Shown here: in pieces, positions 31,630-41,366 of the stretch
Numbering within the stretch: position 1 is the first letter of the stretch
Layout of the letters: each line of letters opens with the position of its first letter
Source: an uncultured Anaerolineaceae bacterium
Lineage (GTDB): Bacteria > Chloroflexota > Anaerolineae > Anaerolineales > E44-bin32
NCBI GenBank assembly: GCA_964492745.1
Contig: CAZBLT010000001.1
Span: 3,325-67,324, forward strand
Reading direction: 5' to 3'
DNA: 64,000 bases
Notes under the pieces: model-generated
Databases searched by the model: none
The model's input: only the letters and a program-made list of their open reading frames with translations
Told to the model about the DNA's origin: nothing
Made by a program: the position numbers and the translations under genes

Positions 31630-32553
31630 CTAGGTGCGAATTTCCTGGCGCTGGAAGAGTACATAGGCCGCGGCAAAGAGCAGGATTACCGCTGCGATCA
31701 TGCCGGTGAGATGCGGCCATATCAGCGCGAGGCTTTGCCCAAAGGGCAAGGGTGTCCCGAGCACTGCGCGGTGCAGTTGGATTGGAAGAACCGGGCCCAG
31801 GGCGCGCACGGTAGGATTGAGCATGGCAAGCACGATTTCAGCGTAGAGCATGTTAGGCGAGAGCCGCGCCAGCGCCAGCTCGAGACGCCTCTGGGCCAAG
31901 AACTCCTCCAGGAAACCGAAGCGTAGGGGCCGCAGAGATTGGGCCAGCATGCTTGCTAGCATGCCCCAGAACACGGTGAAGAAGAGCCAGGTCGCGATCG
32001 CAGCCAAAGCGGCGGTGGCAGGTTGGCGGAAGACGACTGAGTAAACAAGCGCCACGCCCAGCCAAACACCTCCGTAGGCGATCGTGGCGAGCAGGAAGAC
32101 GAGCCCGCGGGCCACCTCTTCGCCGCTCGGAGGGACGCCCAGGAACAGCAGCCCCAGGCCGGCCACAAGTAGCCAGATCGCGGTGAGGATGATCGAGAGG
32201 GTGGCGAGGCCGGAGAGATATTTGCCGAGCAGCAGGCCATCGCGGTAGATAGGCTGCGCAAGCACGCGGCTCATAGTCCGGCGGTTAAACTCCCCGTTGA
32301 TGAGGTCAAATCCCAGCGCTATGGCTACCAGGGGCGTGATGAAGCCAAGGAAAGCCACAAAGGCCGGAAGCGGATCACGGTCGGTCGTGAACAGGCGCAA
32401 GAAAAGGAAGGGGTCTTCGGCAACCGTCGTGCGGATGGATGTGACGGCGGCATAAACCGCCCCCGCGGCCGCCAGAAAGGCCAGGATCTCAAGGATGCGC
32501 ATGCGGGCACCGGTCAGGTGATCCGCGGTTTCCTTTGCCATGACGGTCCACAT
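31630..32553 (-). CDS. ABC-2 type transporter permease
   Basis: About 6 TM, immediately downstream of the ATPase. Start uncertain: 32553 is preferred and 32541 is possible. The longer ORF start at 32619 would overlap the ATPase gene. Confidence 0.75.
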   Translation of the reverse strand: MWTVMAKETADHLTGARMRILEILAFLAAAGAVYAAVTSIRTTVAEDPFLFLRLFTTDRDPLPAFVAFLGFITPLVAIALGFDLINGEFNRRTMSRVLAQPIYRDGLLLGKYLSGLATLSIILTAIWLLVAGLGLLFLGVPPSGEEVARGLVFLLATIAYGGVWLGVALVYSVVFRQPATAALAAIATWLFFTVFWGMLASMLAQSLRPLRFGFLEEFLAQRRLELALARLSPNMLYAEIVLAMLNPTVRALGPVLPIQLHRAVLGTPLPFGQSLALIWPHLTGMIAAVILLFAAAYVLFQRQEIRT

Positions 32554-32572
32554 GCCCCGCCACGGGGATCCA

Positions 32573-33511
32573 CTACGCTGCATAGGCCAACTCCTTGAAG
32601 TAATGCGTATAGACATCATCGAGACTGAGCTCGCCCAATTGCATGCTATAAAGGTTGCCGTTGGCCTCGACGATGGTCTTGGCTATTTCCGAGCGCAAGT
32701 CACGCTCGCATTCAACCGCGAGCTCAGCGTCGCTGATCTGCTCGACGCGCTGTACCCCAGGAATCTTCCTCAAGTGGTCCTGGAGCGCATCACCGGTGGC
32801 ATGAATGCGAACGCGATAGGCCCTGCCCAGCACCTGGCTGGCGAGATCGCGGACGCTTCCCTCCAGCACCATGCGGCCCTCATGGAACAAACCCACGCGA
32901 TCACACACTGCCTGGACCTGGTGGAGCAGGTGGGAGGCAAGCAGAATCGTCATGCCCTCCTGTTTTAGGCCGCGGACGAGATCCAGAAACGCATGCGCCG
33001 CTTCAGGGTCCAGGCCGAGCGTAGGCTCGTCGAGGATGATCACTGCGGGCTTCTTGAGAAGCAATTCCGCGAGGCCTAGGCGCTGGCGCATGCCGTGCGA
33101 GAAGGTTCCTACTGGCTTGTCGAGCACCTCAGGGCTAAGGCCCATTCGCGCCGTGGCTTCCTCGATGCGGCCGTCGAGCTCGGCGCGCGGGATTTGATTG
33201 AGCTTACCGATGTAGGCGAGGTTCTCACGCGCGGTCAGCTCCTCATAGAAGCCCATCGAATCCGGCAGGTAGCCAACGCGTGCCTTGACTTTGAGCGGTT
33301 CTCTGGCGGGATCAAAGCCCAGGACCTCCACACGGCCGCTGGTGGGCTCGGTGAGGCCAAGGAGCATCAGGATCGTGGTGGTTTTGCCCGATCCATTGGG
33401 GCCGAGGATGCCGAAGACCTCGCCTTCCTGGACGCGCAGATTTAGGTCCACGACGGCGGGAGTTTCGCCGTATTGTTTCCGCAGGTTCTCGGTGCGTATG
33501 ATCGTATCCAT
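32573..33511 (-). CDS. ABC transporter ATP-binding protein
   Basis: Start trimmed to ATG 33511 ([15 protein letters not shown]). Walker [10 protein letters not shown], signature FSHGMRQR, Walker B VIILDEP. Confidence 0.9.
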   Translation of the reverse strand: MDTIIRTENLRKQYGETPAVVDLNLRVQEGEVFGILGPNGSGKTTTILMLLGLTEPTSGRVEVLGFDPAREPLKVKARVGYLPDSMGFYEELTARENLAYIGKLNQIPRAELDGRIEEATARMGLSPEVLDKPVGTFSHGMRQRLGLAELLLKKPAVIILDEPTLGLDPEAAHAFLDLVRGLKQEGMTILLASHLLHQVQAVCDRVGLFHEGRMVLEGSVRDLASQVLGRAYRVRIHATGDALQDHLRKIPGVQRVEQISDAELAVECERDLRSEIAKTIVEANGNLYSMQLGELSLDDVYTHYFKELAYAA

Positions 33512-33518
33512 AGGCCCT

Positions 33519-34673
33519 CTAGCGACGTCCGAAGCGAGAGACCGCGAGCGCCACAACGCCCAGGGAGGCGGCGATGAGCAACAGTGCCACTACACCCCAT
33601 ACGGTCGAAGTCTGCAGGGTGATCCGGAATTCGGCGACCTCGTTGGTGCCCTCCTCGGGCATGGCCCGGAAGGTGATGGAGTAGTCACCGGCAACGGCCT
33701 TTTCGGGGGGCTTAATGTAGGCGGTGATGGCGGCTTCCTCACCCGGTTGCAGGGCCTCGATGGTGTCGGGTTCGAAGCGGACATCCCAACCCGCCGGAGG
33801 ACTCGAGCGCATCTCGATGTCCACGGCTGGTGCGGAACCCGTATTCCGCAAGACCAGCTCAACCGGGCTTTCGCGGCCTGCGGTCGCCGTCGCGCTGAGG
33901 CGGCCGTCCGGGCTGGTCAGGTTGAGATCCGATTTGCCGGTGATGATTGCAGTTAACTCGATGGTTTCGCTGACTTCGGCGCTTTGGACCCTGACCAAGA
34001 TCGGATACTCGCCGGCAGGTGCCTGGGCCGAAGGGTGCACGTTAATGTCGACGTCTTCGGTATCGCCGGCCTTTACCGGCAGGCTGGCGAGCTCTTGACC
34101 GCCGAAGGCCTTTTCGACCGTGATATCAAGGAATTCAGGCGCCTGAACGTCGAAGCTCACGAGCAGATCTTGCTCCGAGTCATTAGTGATCTTGACACGG
34201 TAGCTGAAGTTGGAATCCGGTGTTCCTTTGAGCACCGGAAGGTCGGCCTCCAGTGATAGCTGCGGTGGCAGCAACTCGCCAACGATGAGTTCGAGTTCGA
34301 GCTGATCTTGCGAATCCTGACCGCGAGCTGCTACCAGAATAGGATAGCTGCCCGTTGCGACATCCTCGGGCACCATAACTTTTAGCGTTACGGGCCTGCT
34401 CGAATCCCGCTCCACATATGCAGAATGCACCAGCCGGCCTGCGCCCAGGAAGCTGGCTGTCCAGCCATCGGGCAGCGAGGTCACCGCGATGTCCACGATT
34501 TGATCCGGCAAGCCAATATTCTCGATATCGAGCGTCAGGCTGACGGTTTCCCCGGCGCGAACGACCTGGCTGGGATAGGATGTTGAGATCTCGAGATGGG
34601 GTGGCTCGCCTTGCTTCGGCAGGATGCCGAATGCCGAGAAGCCGAGTAAAAGGAGTGCGGCCAAAGTATTCAT
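33519..34673 (-). CDS. exported NEW3/COG1470-type repeat protein with C-terminal TM anchor
   Basis: Signal peptide, then repeated Ig-like modules ([24 protein letters not shown]..., [11 protein letters not shown]...). C-terminal TM. First gene of the ABC operon. Confidence 0.65.
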   Translation of the reverse strand: MNTLAALLLLGFSAFGILPKQGEPPHLEISTSYPSQVVRAGETVSLTLDIENIGLPDQIVDIAVTSLPDGWTASFLGAGRLVHSAYVERDSSRPVTLKVMVPEDVATGSYPILVAARGQDSQDQLELELIVGELLPPQLSLEADLPVLKGTPDSNFSYRVKITNDSEQDLLVSFDVQAPEFLDITVEKAFGGQELASLPVKAGDTEDVDINVHPSAQAPAGEYPILVRVQSAEVSETIELTAIITGKSDLNLTSPDGRLSATATAGRESPVELVLRNTGSAPAVDIEMRSSPPAGWDVRFEPDTIEALQPGEEAAITAYIKPPEKAVAGDYSITFRAMPEEGTNEVAEFRITLQTSTVWGVVALLLIAASLGVVALAVSRFGRR

Positions 34674-34814
34674 GGACGAAACCTCCCTCTGATGGTTTGG
34701 AGTGATGAGCCTGCTTCCACAACCCTAGATTGTTAGGCCTCTAACATTAGATGAGCGTTAATGGAGTACGCGAATCAAGCCTATGCCCGGCGTGGGGTAA
34801 TCGGGGAACGGAGC

Positions 34815-34848
34815 AGCCGCCCGCGAAGTTGGTTTCGGCCGGGCGGCT
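34815..34848 (-). terminator. stem-loop just downstream of tRNA-His
   Basis: AGCCGCCCG CGAA-gttggt-TTCG(gc)CGGGCGGCT. Strong GC hairpin with no clear U-tract. Confidence 0.4.
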
Positions 34849-34856
34849 CGCGCTAG

Positions 34857-34929
34857 GGTGCCTGACGGGTTTCGAACCCGCAACCTCCTCATCCACAGTG
34901 AGGCGCTCTGCCGTTGAGCTACAGGCACC
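34857..34929 (-). tRNA. tRNA-His (anticodon GTG) with genome-encoded G-1
   Basis: Hand-folded cloverleaf. G-1 plus acceptor GTGCCTG/CAGGCAC. D arm GCTC-AACGGCA-GAGC. Anticodon arm CCTCA-CTGTGGA-TGAGG. T arm GCGGG-TTCGAAA-CCCGT. Discriminator C. CCA is not encoded. Confidence 0.93.
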
Positions 34930-34980
34930 GCGGCAGCGCAAGTTTACCGCCCTTGCGCCGCATGCGCAAGGATTGAAAGC

Positions 34981-35805
34981 TTATTGTGGGGTTGCGAGCG
35001 GGCGCTTGGGGATGACGATTTGGGTATTGAGTTCCAGGGGTAGGGGATTGCGGGAGCAGTCGCTGGCGAGATTGGCCTGGGCTATGAAATCGCCCAACGC
35101 ATTGACCCGGTAAATCTCCTGGGAAATTTGATCATAGGTGAAGAGTGGCAGATGCTCGGTGACTGTGAAGAGGCAGGGCAGCCCGCCGCCATCGCAGGCC
35201 GGCACGAAGATGAACTCGCCCAAAGGGTTGCGATAGCGCGGCCGGTAGGTGCCGCGGGGGGCGGCCGGGAGGATGGTGATCGGGCGTCCAAGATCCAGAT
35301 CGTAACCCGAGAGCCGCGGATAGGTGCCATCCTGTCGGCGGTTGACATCCAGAATCTCTGGATAGCGGCAGTTGTCCCCATAGGGCGAATCCTGCGCGAG
35401 CTGCTCCCAGCGGTCACCCTCTCGGAGGACATAAGTGCAGGGGGCGTTGGAGAAAGCCTCATCGCAGGGGCCTGTGGGATTGTATGGCGAAGGCGCGCTT
35501 GGTGTGGAGCTGGGCCATGGATCGAATGCTACTTGGGTCGCGACGACGGTGTGGACCACGGTGACCTGCACCGTCTCCCGCCGCACGGAGACCGCTGGCG
35601 CCGGGGTACCCCTGGAGGTGGGTTGCAGGGCCAACTGGGTCTGACAGGCTGAATGGTCGACGCCGCAATCGACTGCCCGCGAATACAAGCTGGAGAAGAG
35701 CAATCCAAGGAAAGTGAGGAGCAAGCCGCCTAGGCCTGCGACAATCCCCGCCGTCTTTCCGAATCTTTGAGCGCGGCCAGGCGTTTGAGCAGGTCGAGGG
35801 CTCAT
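34981..35805 (-). CDS. hypothetical membrane-anchored, Cys-rich exported protein
   Basis: N-terminal TM IVAGLGGLLLTFLGLLFSSL and a Pro/Ser linker. Two segments resemble LysM loosely (YVLREGDRWEQLA; FTYDQISQEIY). No family recognised. Confidence 0.55.
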   Translation of the reverse strand: MSPRPAQTPGRAQRFGKTAGIVAGLGGLLLTFLGLLFSSLYSRAVDCGVDHSACQTQLALQPTSRGTPAPAVSVRRETVQVTVVHTVVATQVAFDPWPSSTPSAPSPYNPTGPCDEAFSNAPCTYVLREGDRWEQLAQDSPYGDNCRYPEILDVNRRQDGTYPRLSGYDLDLGRPITILPAAPRGTYRPRYRNPLGEFIFVPACDGGGLPCLFTVTEHLPLFTYDQISQEIYRVNALGDFIAQANLASDCSRNPLPLELNTQIVIPKRPLATPQ

Positions 35806-35866
35806 CCGGTCCCCCAGGATCCAATCAAGACCGCGGTTGCGGCCATGCGGCTAGTGCGTTTCTAAG

Positions 35867-35875
35867 AGAATAGCA
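35867..35875 (-). promoter_or_regulatory. extended -10 element (TGcTATTCT)
   Basis: Reverse-strand TGCTATTCT about 60 nt upstream of ATG 35805. No good -35 seen. Confidence 0.35.
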
Positions 35876-35921
35876 GCATTCTTGTTTGGCGAAAAGGGCG
35901 GCAGTTGCGAAGTGAGTATCT

Positions 35922-37193
35922 TCACCCGCCCCGGATGAGCTTTCTTAATCGAGGGCTGAGGTGTTCTCTCGGCAGTGTCTCTTGCTCACCTGATCGCAAG
36001 TCCTTCAGCGAAACTTGGCCGTCGCGAACCTCGTCAGGGCCTGCGATGACCGCGAAGGGGATGCCTTGACGATCGGCATACTTGAACTGGCGAGAGAGCC
36101 GCACAGGCTCTGGATACCACTCAACCTGAAACCCCTCCGCGCGAAGCTCGGTGGAAAGCCGCATGGCTTCAGCCTTGGTGTTCTCATCGAAGGTGGCGAC
36201 GAAGACGTCGGCCGGATTGGGGCGCAGGCGCGGCAAGAGTTCATAATCCCCGAGCAGCAGGCGGAAGACAACGTCTCCCATCGCGAAGCCGGTCGCGGGA
36301 ATCTTCCCGCCCCCCATCGCTGCAACCAGGTCGTCATAGCGGCCCCCGCCAAGGATGGCGCGATGGAGGCCGCGCACATCGCGGGCCTCATAGACGGTCC
36401 CGGTGTAATAATCCAATCCCCGGATGATGGTGGGATCGTACTCGAAATAATCGCCCACGCCGAAGGCCTCGGCGGCCTCGAAAAAGGCCACCAACTCATC
36501 CGAAGCCTGCCAGGCCTGGCGGTCTTCCAGAAGGATCATAAGCCGGTCTCGTTGGTTTTCATCGAGCCCAATCTCGAGCGCGTAGGCCTGCCAGGCATCT
36601 TCATCAAGCTTGTCCATGCGGTCGATGAGATGAAATACGCTGGAGCGCAGACTCTCCCCGATGCCGATCTCGGCCAGCTTGCGCTCGGCTAGACGGCGGT
36701 TGTTGACCTTGATTCGGATGAGGTCGGGCGTGAGGCCCACCGATTGGAACAGGGTCGCGGCGACGGCTGGGACTTCCGCGTCAGCAGACGGGTTGTCGAC
36801 GCCGATTAGATCGATGTTCCACTGGAAGAACTCGCGCGAACGCCCCTTCTGCGTGCGCTCATAGCGCCAAAAGGGCCCAAAGGACCACCAGCGCAGAGGC
36901 AGCAAGAGGGCATTGCCACGCTGGGCCACCATGCGAGCCAGGGATGGTGTCAACTCAGGGCGTAGGGCTATCATCGTGCCACTGCGATCGGGAAAGACGT
37001 AGGACTGTTCCTTAACCAGCTCCTCACCCGATTTGGCGGCGTATAGCTCCAGGCGTTCGAGGTATGGGCCGTCATATTCCTGATAGCCGAAGCGCTCGGA
37101 GGCTTCCCTAATCCTGGCATAGAGCCATTGCCGGAAGGCCATGTCCTCCGGATAGAAATCACGTGTTCCCCTTACAGGCTGGATCTTTGGCAT
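35922..37193 (-). CDS. hisS: histidine--tRNA ligase
   Basis: Start trimmed to ATG 37193 (MPKIQPVRGTRDFYPED). Class II motif 2 FRYERTQKGRSREFFQ and motif 3 GGGRYD. Confidence 0.95.
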   Translation of the reverse strand: MPKIQPVRGTRDFYPEDMAFRQWLYARIREASERFGYQEYDGPYLERLELYAAKSGEELVKEQSYVFPDRSGTMIALRPELTPSLARMVAQRGNALLLPLRWWSFGPFWRYERTQKGRSREFFQWNIDLIGVDNPSADAEVPAVAATLFQSVGLTPDLIRIKVNNRRLAERKLAEIGIGESLRSSVFHLIDRMDKLDEDAWQAYALEIGLDENQRDRLMILLEDRQAWQASDELVAFFEAAEAFGVGDYFEYDPTIIRGLDYYTGTVYEARDVRGLHRAILGGGRYDDLVAAMGGGKIPATGFAMGDVVFRLLLGDYELLPRLRPNPADVFVATFDENTKAEAMRLSTELRAEGFQVEWYPEPVRLSRQFKYADRQGIPFAVIAGPDEVRDGQVSLKDLRSGEQETLPREHLSPRLRKLIRGG

Positions 37194-37327
37194 TCCTGAA
37201 TTACTCCGCGCATGACTGGGATAAGGCTTTGCCCGGGCAAGTCTGGGTGGGCCCCCAATAGGGGGCGGCATGGGTTGCCGATGCCCGGAAGGCGATGGGG
37301 TGGCCAGATCTCGCCCGCGTCGGGGCG

Positions 37328-37336
37328 ATTATAGCA
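37328..37336 (-). promoter_or_regulatory. extended -10 element (TGcTATAAT) upstream of hisS
   Basis: Reverse-strand CCATGCTATAAT begins 8 nt after the hutH stop. It leaves a leader of about 130 nt before the hisS ATG. Confidence 0.45.
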
Positions 37337-37347
37337 TGGGCGCGCCA

Positions 37348-38922
37348 TTAGCCGAGACGCTCGCGCAAGGTTTGGAACCACTGGCCCGATCGTAGCTTAA
37401 TGGCCAGTTCCTCGATGTACTCCGAGAAAGGCATCTCCTCCGCTGCGAAAGGAACCTGTGAACGCACCAGTTCTAAAGCGGCGCGTGTGCCTTTGCTTAA
37501 CTCTTTGCCTCTCATTGAGGGCATGCGCAGGTCCAAGGCCTGCGCGGCGCAAATTAGTTCGATGGCGACGACGCGGGAGAAGTTATCGAGGATTCGATGG
37601 AGGTGCCTCGCGGCCGTGGTGGCGTTAGCGTTGTGGTCCTCTTGGCCTGCAGAGGTGGGTAATGAGCGAACGCTATCGGGCCCTGCAAGTGTCTGATTCT
37701 CGAGAACAAGGGATGCGGCTGTATATTGGAGCAGCATAAGGCCGGAGCGCACGCCTGCCAACTGCGGATCGGAGACGAGCATAGGCGGCAGCCCGTCATT
37801 GGTGTGTCCCGAGAGCAAGCGAAAGATGCGCCGCTCGGCGATTGCTGCTACCTCGGAGAGGGCGATCTTGAGAAAATCAGCCGCCTGGCCGAGTGGTTCT
37901 CCATGGAAGTTGCCCCCCGAAAGGATATCGTTGCCGAAGACTAGAGGGTTATCGGTGGCGGCATTGATTTCGGTGAAGGCGACATGACTGGCGAAATCGA
38001 GTGCATCCCATGCTGGCCCCACGACCTGAGGAATGCATCGCAGGCTGTAGGCGTCCTGAAGGCGGGAGGTGGAATCAAGCCATTGACTGCCCTCCAGCCA
38101 TTGGCGGATCCGCGCGGCGACAGCGATTTGGCCGGCGTGAGGCCTGGCTGCGTGGATGCGCGGATCGAAGGCGGCGGAGACCGCTCGCAGGGCCTCGAGG
38201 GAGAGGGCAGCGGCGGCCTCGCTGCTGAGCAACACTTCGCGAGCTTCAGTGCAGGCCAGCGAAAGCATGGCAGCGGTGAAAGTGGCGCCATTGATCAATG
38301 CCAATCCCTCTTTGGGCTCAAGAATCAAGGGCTCGATCCCTGCAGCTCGCATGGCCTCGGAAGCCGGCATAAGCTGGCCTTGATACCAAATCTTCGCCAC
38401 GCTAAGATCCTGGCCGCGCGGGCCTAGCTCGGCTAGAGAGAGCGCCAGGTGGGCAAGTTGGGCCAGATCGCCGGAGGAACCCAGCGACCCCTGGGAGGGG
38501 ATCCAGGGCACCAGGTCATGATTGAGCATCGCCAGCAGGGTCTCGGCCAGCTCGGGCCGTACTCCAGAATGACCCTTGGCCAGGCTATTAGCGCGGATCA
38601 GAATGGCGGCTCGGACGATGTCTCGAGGAAGCGGCTTCCCCAGCGCGGCGGCATGGCTCAGGAGCAGGTTGTTGGCAATCTGAAGGGCGAGTTCACCGCG
38701 AACCTCGGTCTCCGCAAACACGCCGAAGCCCGTTGTAACACCATAGATGCGGGCGCCGTCTTGAATACGCCCATGCAGGTGCCGGCGGGAATCGGCCATG
38801 AGCTTGCGTGCCCTGGAATCGAGAGCAACGGTTCGGTCGGCGCGCGCCACCTGGGCGACGTCCTCGAGTGTCAGGCTCTGGCCGTCGATTTCCAATGGGT
38901 AGGAGTTCGTCGAATCGGACAT
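37348..38922 (-). CDS. hutH: histidine ammonia-lyase (MIO-dependent aromatic amino acid lyase family)
   Basis: GVTTGFG. LLLSHAAALG (the Ser-His pair is typical of HAL rather than PAL/TAL). MIO tripeptide region GSLGSSGDLAQLAH, i.e. Ser-Ser-Gly instead of Ala-Ser-Gly. Confidence 0.85.
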   Translation of the reverse strand: MSDSTNSYPLEIDGQSLTLEDVAQVARADRTVALDSRARKLMADSRRHLHGRIQDGARIYGVTTGFGVFAETEVRGELALQIANNLLLSHAAALGKPLPRDIVRAAILIRANSLAKGHSGVRPELAETLLAMLNHDLVPWIPSQGSLGSSGDLAQLAHLALSLAELGPRGQDLSVAKIWYQGQLMPASEAMRAAGIEPLILEPKEGLALINGATFTAAMLSLACTEAREVLLSSEAAAALSLEALRAVSAAFDPRIHAARPHAGQIAVAARIRQWLEGSQWLDSTSRLQDAYSLRCIPQVVGPAWDALDFASHVAFTEINAATDNPLVFGNDILSGGNFHGEPLGQAADFLKIALSEVAAIAERRIFRLLSGHTNDGLPPMLVSDPQLAGVRSGLMLLQYTAASLVLENQTLAGPDSVRSLPTSAGQEDHNANATTAARHLHRILDNFSRVVAIELICAAQALDLRMPSMRGKELSKGTRAALELVRSQVPFAAEEMPFSEYIEELAIKLRSGQWFQTLRERLG

Positions 38923-39069
38923 GATCGCCTCTAATACGATGCTTTGACTATGGGCCGCCTGCCGCGAGGGATCCAGCCAGGGATTGGAGGCAAGGCTGAG
39001 CCTTCAAGGCGAGCCAGACCATGCGCTGGATTTGCCAAGCTGTGAAATGCATGGATTGGCGGCGCTGCA

Positions 39070-39078
39070 AGTATAGCA
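39070..39078 (-). promoter_or_regulatory. extended -10 element (TGcTATACT), candidate hutH promoter
   Basis: Reverse-strand CCATGCTATACT about 150 nt upstream of the hutH ATG. Shares CCATGCTATA with the hisS element. Confidence 0.35.
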
Positions 39079-39148
39079 TGGCATGCCCGGCTGCCATCCC
39101 CTCTCGCTGGGATCGGCAGGGCGCGCTGATCCTATGCGTGCCGGACCG

Positions 39149-39157
39149 TGGTATGCT
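39149..39157 (+). promoter_or_regulatory. extended -10 element (TGgTATGCT) upstream of the membrane gene cluster
   Basis: 35 nt upstream of ATG 39192. GAGGGGAGGG RBS lies between them. Confidence 0.35.
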
Positions 39158-39191
39158 ATGCGCGGTTTTGAGGGGAGGGTTGTCGCTGCGT

Positions 39192-40742
39192 ATGGCCGGA
39201 TTACCTATCATCGGCATGGCCGTTGCGGCTTTGCTTGTTGGGCTATTGCGCCGGCGGTCCGCGCGCACACAGTGGATCCTCTCCATGGCGATGGCGGCGG
39301 GTCTGTGGCTGGCGATCCTGCTGTTGAGCTTCCCATTGCCCATGAAGCTTGAGATATCCGTTTGGCAGCCCCAGGAATTGTTCCCCTCCTCGGTTGCTCT
39401 CGTGTTGGACAGCACAGCCTGGCCCTTCGTCTACGCCGCCGGCACCTTGCTGATGAGCATGGTATTCACCGCGGCCGCGCGAACTGCGGAAGCGCCTGCA
39501 GGAGTGCGCGCCTTTTGGTTCCTCTACACGGCGTTTGCGATGTTGGCCATGACGGCCGGGAATATGATGACTTTGGCGCTCGCCTGGGCGTCATTAGACC
39601 TGCTCACGTTGCTGTTTCTTTTGAGCATGGCGGACCAGGAGAAGGAGAGGGCGCAGGTGCTTTCCCGTGCGCTCGCGGATGCGGCTGGCGTGCTCTTGCT
39701 TTTAGCGGCGGCAATCGTGGCGGAAGGCGTACGTGACCCGTCTATCACCGAGGCGATGTCGCAGCCGCTTGCGGCCGCCCTCTTGATCCTCAGCGTTTTC
39801 ATCCGTCTTGGATTGGTGCCATTGCATCTCAAGATAGCGCCGGTTGAGAAACTGCGCAAGGGATTGGGAACGCTGATCCGGCTATACCCTCCTGCGATAG
39901 CGCTGGTTCTGCTTGCAAGAATCCTAGAGATCGGTCTTCCGTCGCCGGTTGTACCTTGGGTCCGAGGAGTGGGGATCCTTGCCGCCCTTCTGGGAAGCGT
40001 GCGTTGGCTCTTGCAGAGGGATGCCATCGAGGCCAGGCCTTACTGGATCCTGGCGCTGGCAGGATTATCCTTGCTATGGGCCAGATCGAGCGGCGAGGCA
40101 GGCCGATATGTTGTGGCAGTAGGGCTCCTCGTTCTTCTTGTGGGAGGGGCGCTCTCGCTTTTCGAGAGCGTTTCACCAGCTCACCGGGCTCTCCCTATCT
40201 TAATGGGAATCTTGACGGCAGGTCCTCCAATGACCCCGGCTGCCATTTTGATGGGGGGATTAGGCGAATCCCTGCTAAAAGGGACGTCCATGCTACTTCC
40301 GGTAGTGGCTTTGATCAGCATGGCGATGATCGCCTTGGGATGCTTACACCTGCTATTTCAGCCAACTGCTAGCTGGCCGACCGCCGAACCGCTGGCTCGG
40401 GTGACTTGCAACCTTGGAATGGTTCTCCCCTTGATGACCCTCATAGGAGTAGGGATTTGGATGAAGACAGGGATTTCGCCATGGGGAGGCGTGGCTTTCG
40501 GGGTAGAGCTTATTGCCGCAGGGCTCATTTTCGCAGGGTTGCGGCGATTGCGGCCCGATATGGTGGAACGGGCGCGCGGATGGATTGATGTTCTGGATAC
40601 GGGCATCTTACTGCAGGCGTTTGTATCTGCTGTCAGAGGGACCTCGCGTCTGGTGCGCCCTATCGCTCAACTATTCGAAGGCGAGAGCGCGATGCTCTGG
40701 CTATTTGTCATTGTTTTGCTGGTCTTGATGGCGCCAGGATAG
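39192..40742 (+). CDS. divergent NuoL/MrpA-like antiporter-type membrane protein (P1)
   Basis: ORF 39021..40742 trimmed to ATG 39192. About 14 TM. Motifs parallel the complex-I L/M/N core: LALAWASLDLLTLLF, FIRLGLVPLHLKIAP, LLGSVRWLLQRD. C-terminal long amphipathic segment followed by a final TM. Confidence 0.6.
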   Translation: MAGLPIIGMAVAALLVGLLRRRSARTQWILSMAMAAGLWLAILLLSFPLPMKLEISVWQPQELFPSSVALVLDSTAWPFVYAAGTLLMSMVFTAAARTAEAPAGVRAFWFLYTAFAMLAMTAGNMMTLALAWASLDLLTLLFLLSMADQEKERAQVLSRALADAAGVLLLLAAAIVAEGVRDPSITEAMSQPLAAALLILSVFIRLGLVPLHLKIAPVEKLRKGLGTLIRLYPPAIALVLLARILEIGLPSPVVPWVRGVGILAALLGSVRWLLQRDAIEARPYWILALAGLSLLWARSSGEAGRYVVAVGLLVLLVGGALSLFESVSPAHRALPILMGILTAGPPMTPAAILMGGLGESLLKGTSMLLPVVALISMAMIALGCLHLLFQPTASWPTAEPLARVTCNLGMVLPLMTLIGVGIWMKTGISPWGGVAFGVELIAAGLIFAGLRRLRPDMVERARGWIDVLDTGILLQAFVSAVRGTSRLVRPIAQLFEGESAMLWLFVIVLLVLMAPG

Positions 40743-40748
40743 GCAGAC

Positions 40749-41366
40749 ATGGAGCCGTGGGTATTGCTGGGGAAAATCACGCCGGCAGCAGCGGCCTTTC
40801 TCTCGGGAGGGATGGTGCTGTTGGAGCGGCGCGGGGCGTTGATTCTCACCCTTGGCGGAGCATATGGGCTGATGGGTGCGCTCGCGCTGAGCCATCTAGC
40901 GCTGCCGGCAGGCCTCGCGAAAGTCCTGGTTGGCATCCTGGTATGCGGTATCCTGATCCTCGCTCGCATCGGAGGGGCTCGGGGTGCATATCGTGGCGAG
41001 CAGCGTGGGAGTATCCCTCAAGGCCGGGCGTTTCGGCTCGTAGCATGCTTGCTCGTAGGCAGCGCCGGGCTTGGACTGGGCCAGACCCAGGCTGCGTTCT
41101 TTGCAGAAATTCCACCGACGCTCCGACAGTCCTCCATCTACCTGCTCGTATTCGGCTTGCTTGGGTTAGGGCTGTTTCAGGATACGTTCAGGCATGGCTT
41201 GGGCCTGCTGATCATGCTTATTGGTTTTGACCTTGCCTACAGCGTGCTTGAACCCTCGCTTGCAATCGTCGCCCTCATGGCGATGGTGCATTTGGGTATC
41301 GCGCTCGCCCTGGTCTACCTCGAATCGATGGAGGCGCAGGAACCCAGCGGAGAGGCGGCATCCTAG
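40749..41366 (+). CDS. small polytopic membrane protein (P2, 6-7 TM), possibly NuoJ/K/MrpC-like
   Basis: 205 aa. Starts 6 nt after the P1 stop, and its stop abuts the P3 ATG (TAGATG). LLIMLIGFDLAYSVLEPSLAIVAL contains membrane-embedded acidic residues. Family assignment is weak. Confidence 0.5.
   Translation: MEPWVLLGKITPAAAAFLSGGMVLLERRGALILTLGGAYGLMGALALSHLALPAGLAKVLVGILVCGILILARIGGARGAYRGEQRGSIPQGRAFRLVACLLVGSAGLGLGQTQAAFFAEIPPTLRQSSIYLLVFGLLGLGLFQDTFRHGLGLLIMLIGFDLAYSVLEPSLAIVALMAMVHLGIALALVYLESMEAQEPSGEAAS

Noticed and set aside
34726-34745. Small palindrome TGTTAG-gcct-CTAACA upstream of the NEW3/ABC operon. A similar case is CAGTGT-N16-ACACTG at 9561-9588.
   Set aside because: These are 6-bp arms only, which is expected by chance in 64 kb. 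There is no second copy to support an operator.
37194-37347. Possible T-box riboswitch or His-codon attenuator in the hisS leader.
   Set aside because: The leader from the putative -10 is only about 130 nt. I found no T-box consensus (AAnnnGGGTGGTACCGCG-like) and no run of His codons in a leader peptide. Only generic GC hairpins are present (GCCCCC-TATT-GGGGGC, TTGCCCGGGCAA).
38948-39415. 155-aa reverse ORF in and beyond the hutH/membrane-cluster intergenic region.
   Set aside because: It overlaps the start of the polytopic membrane gene on the other strand. It has no RBS, and its composition is not protein-like.
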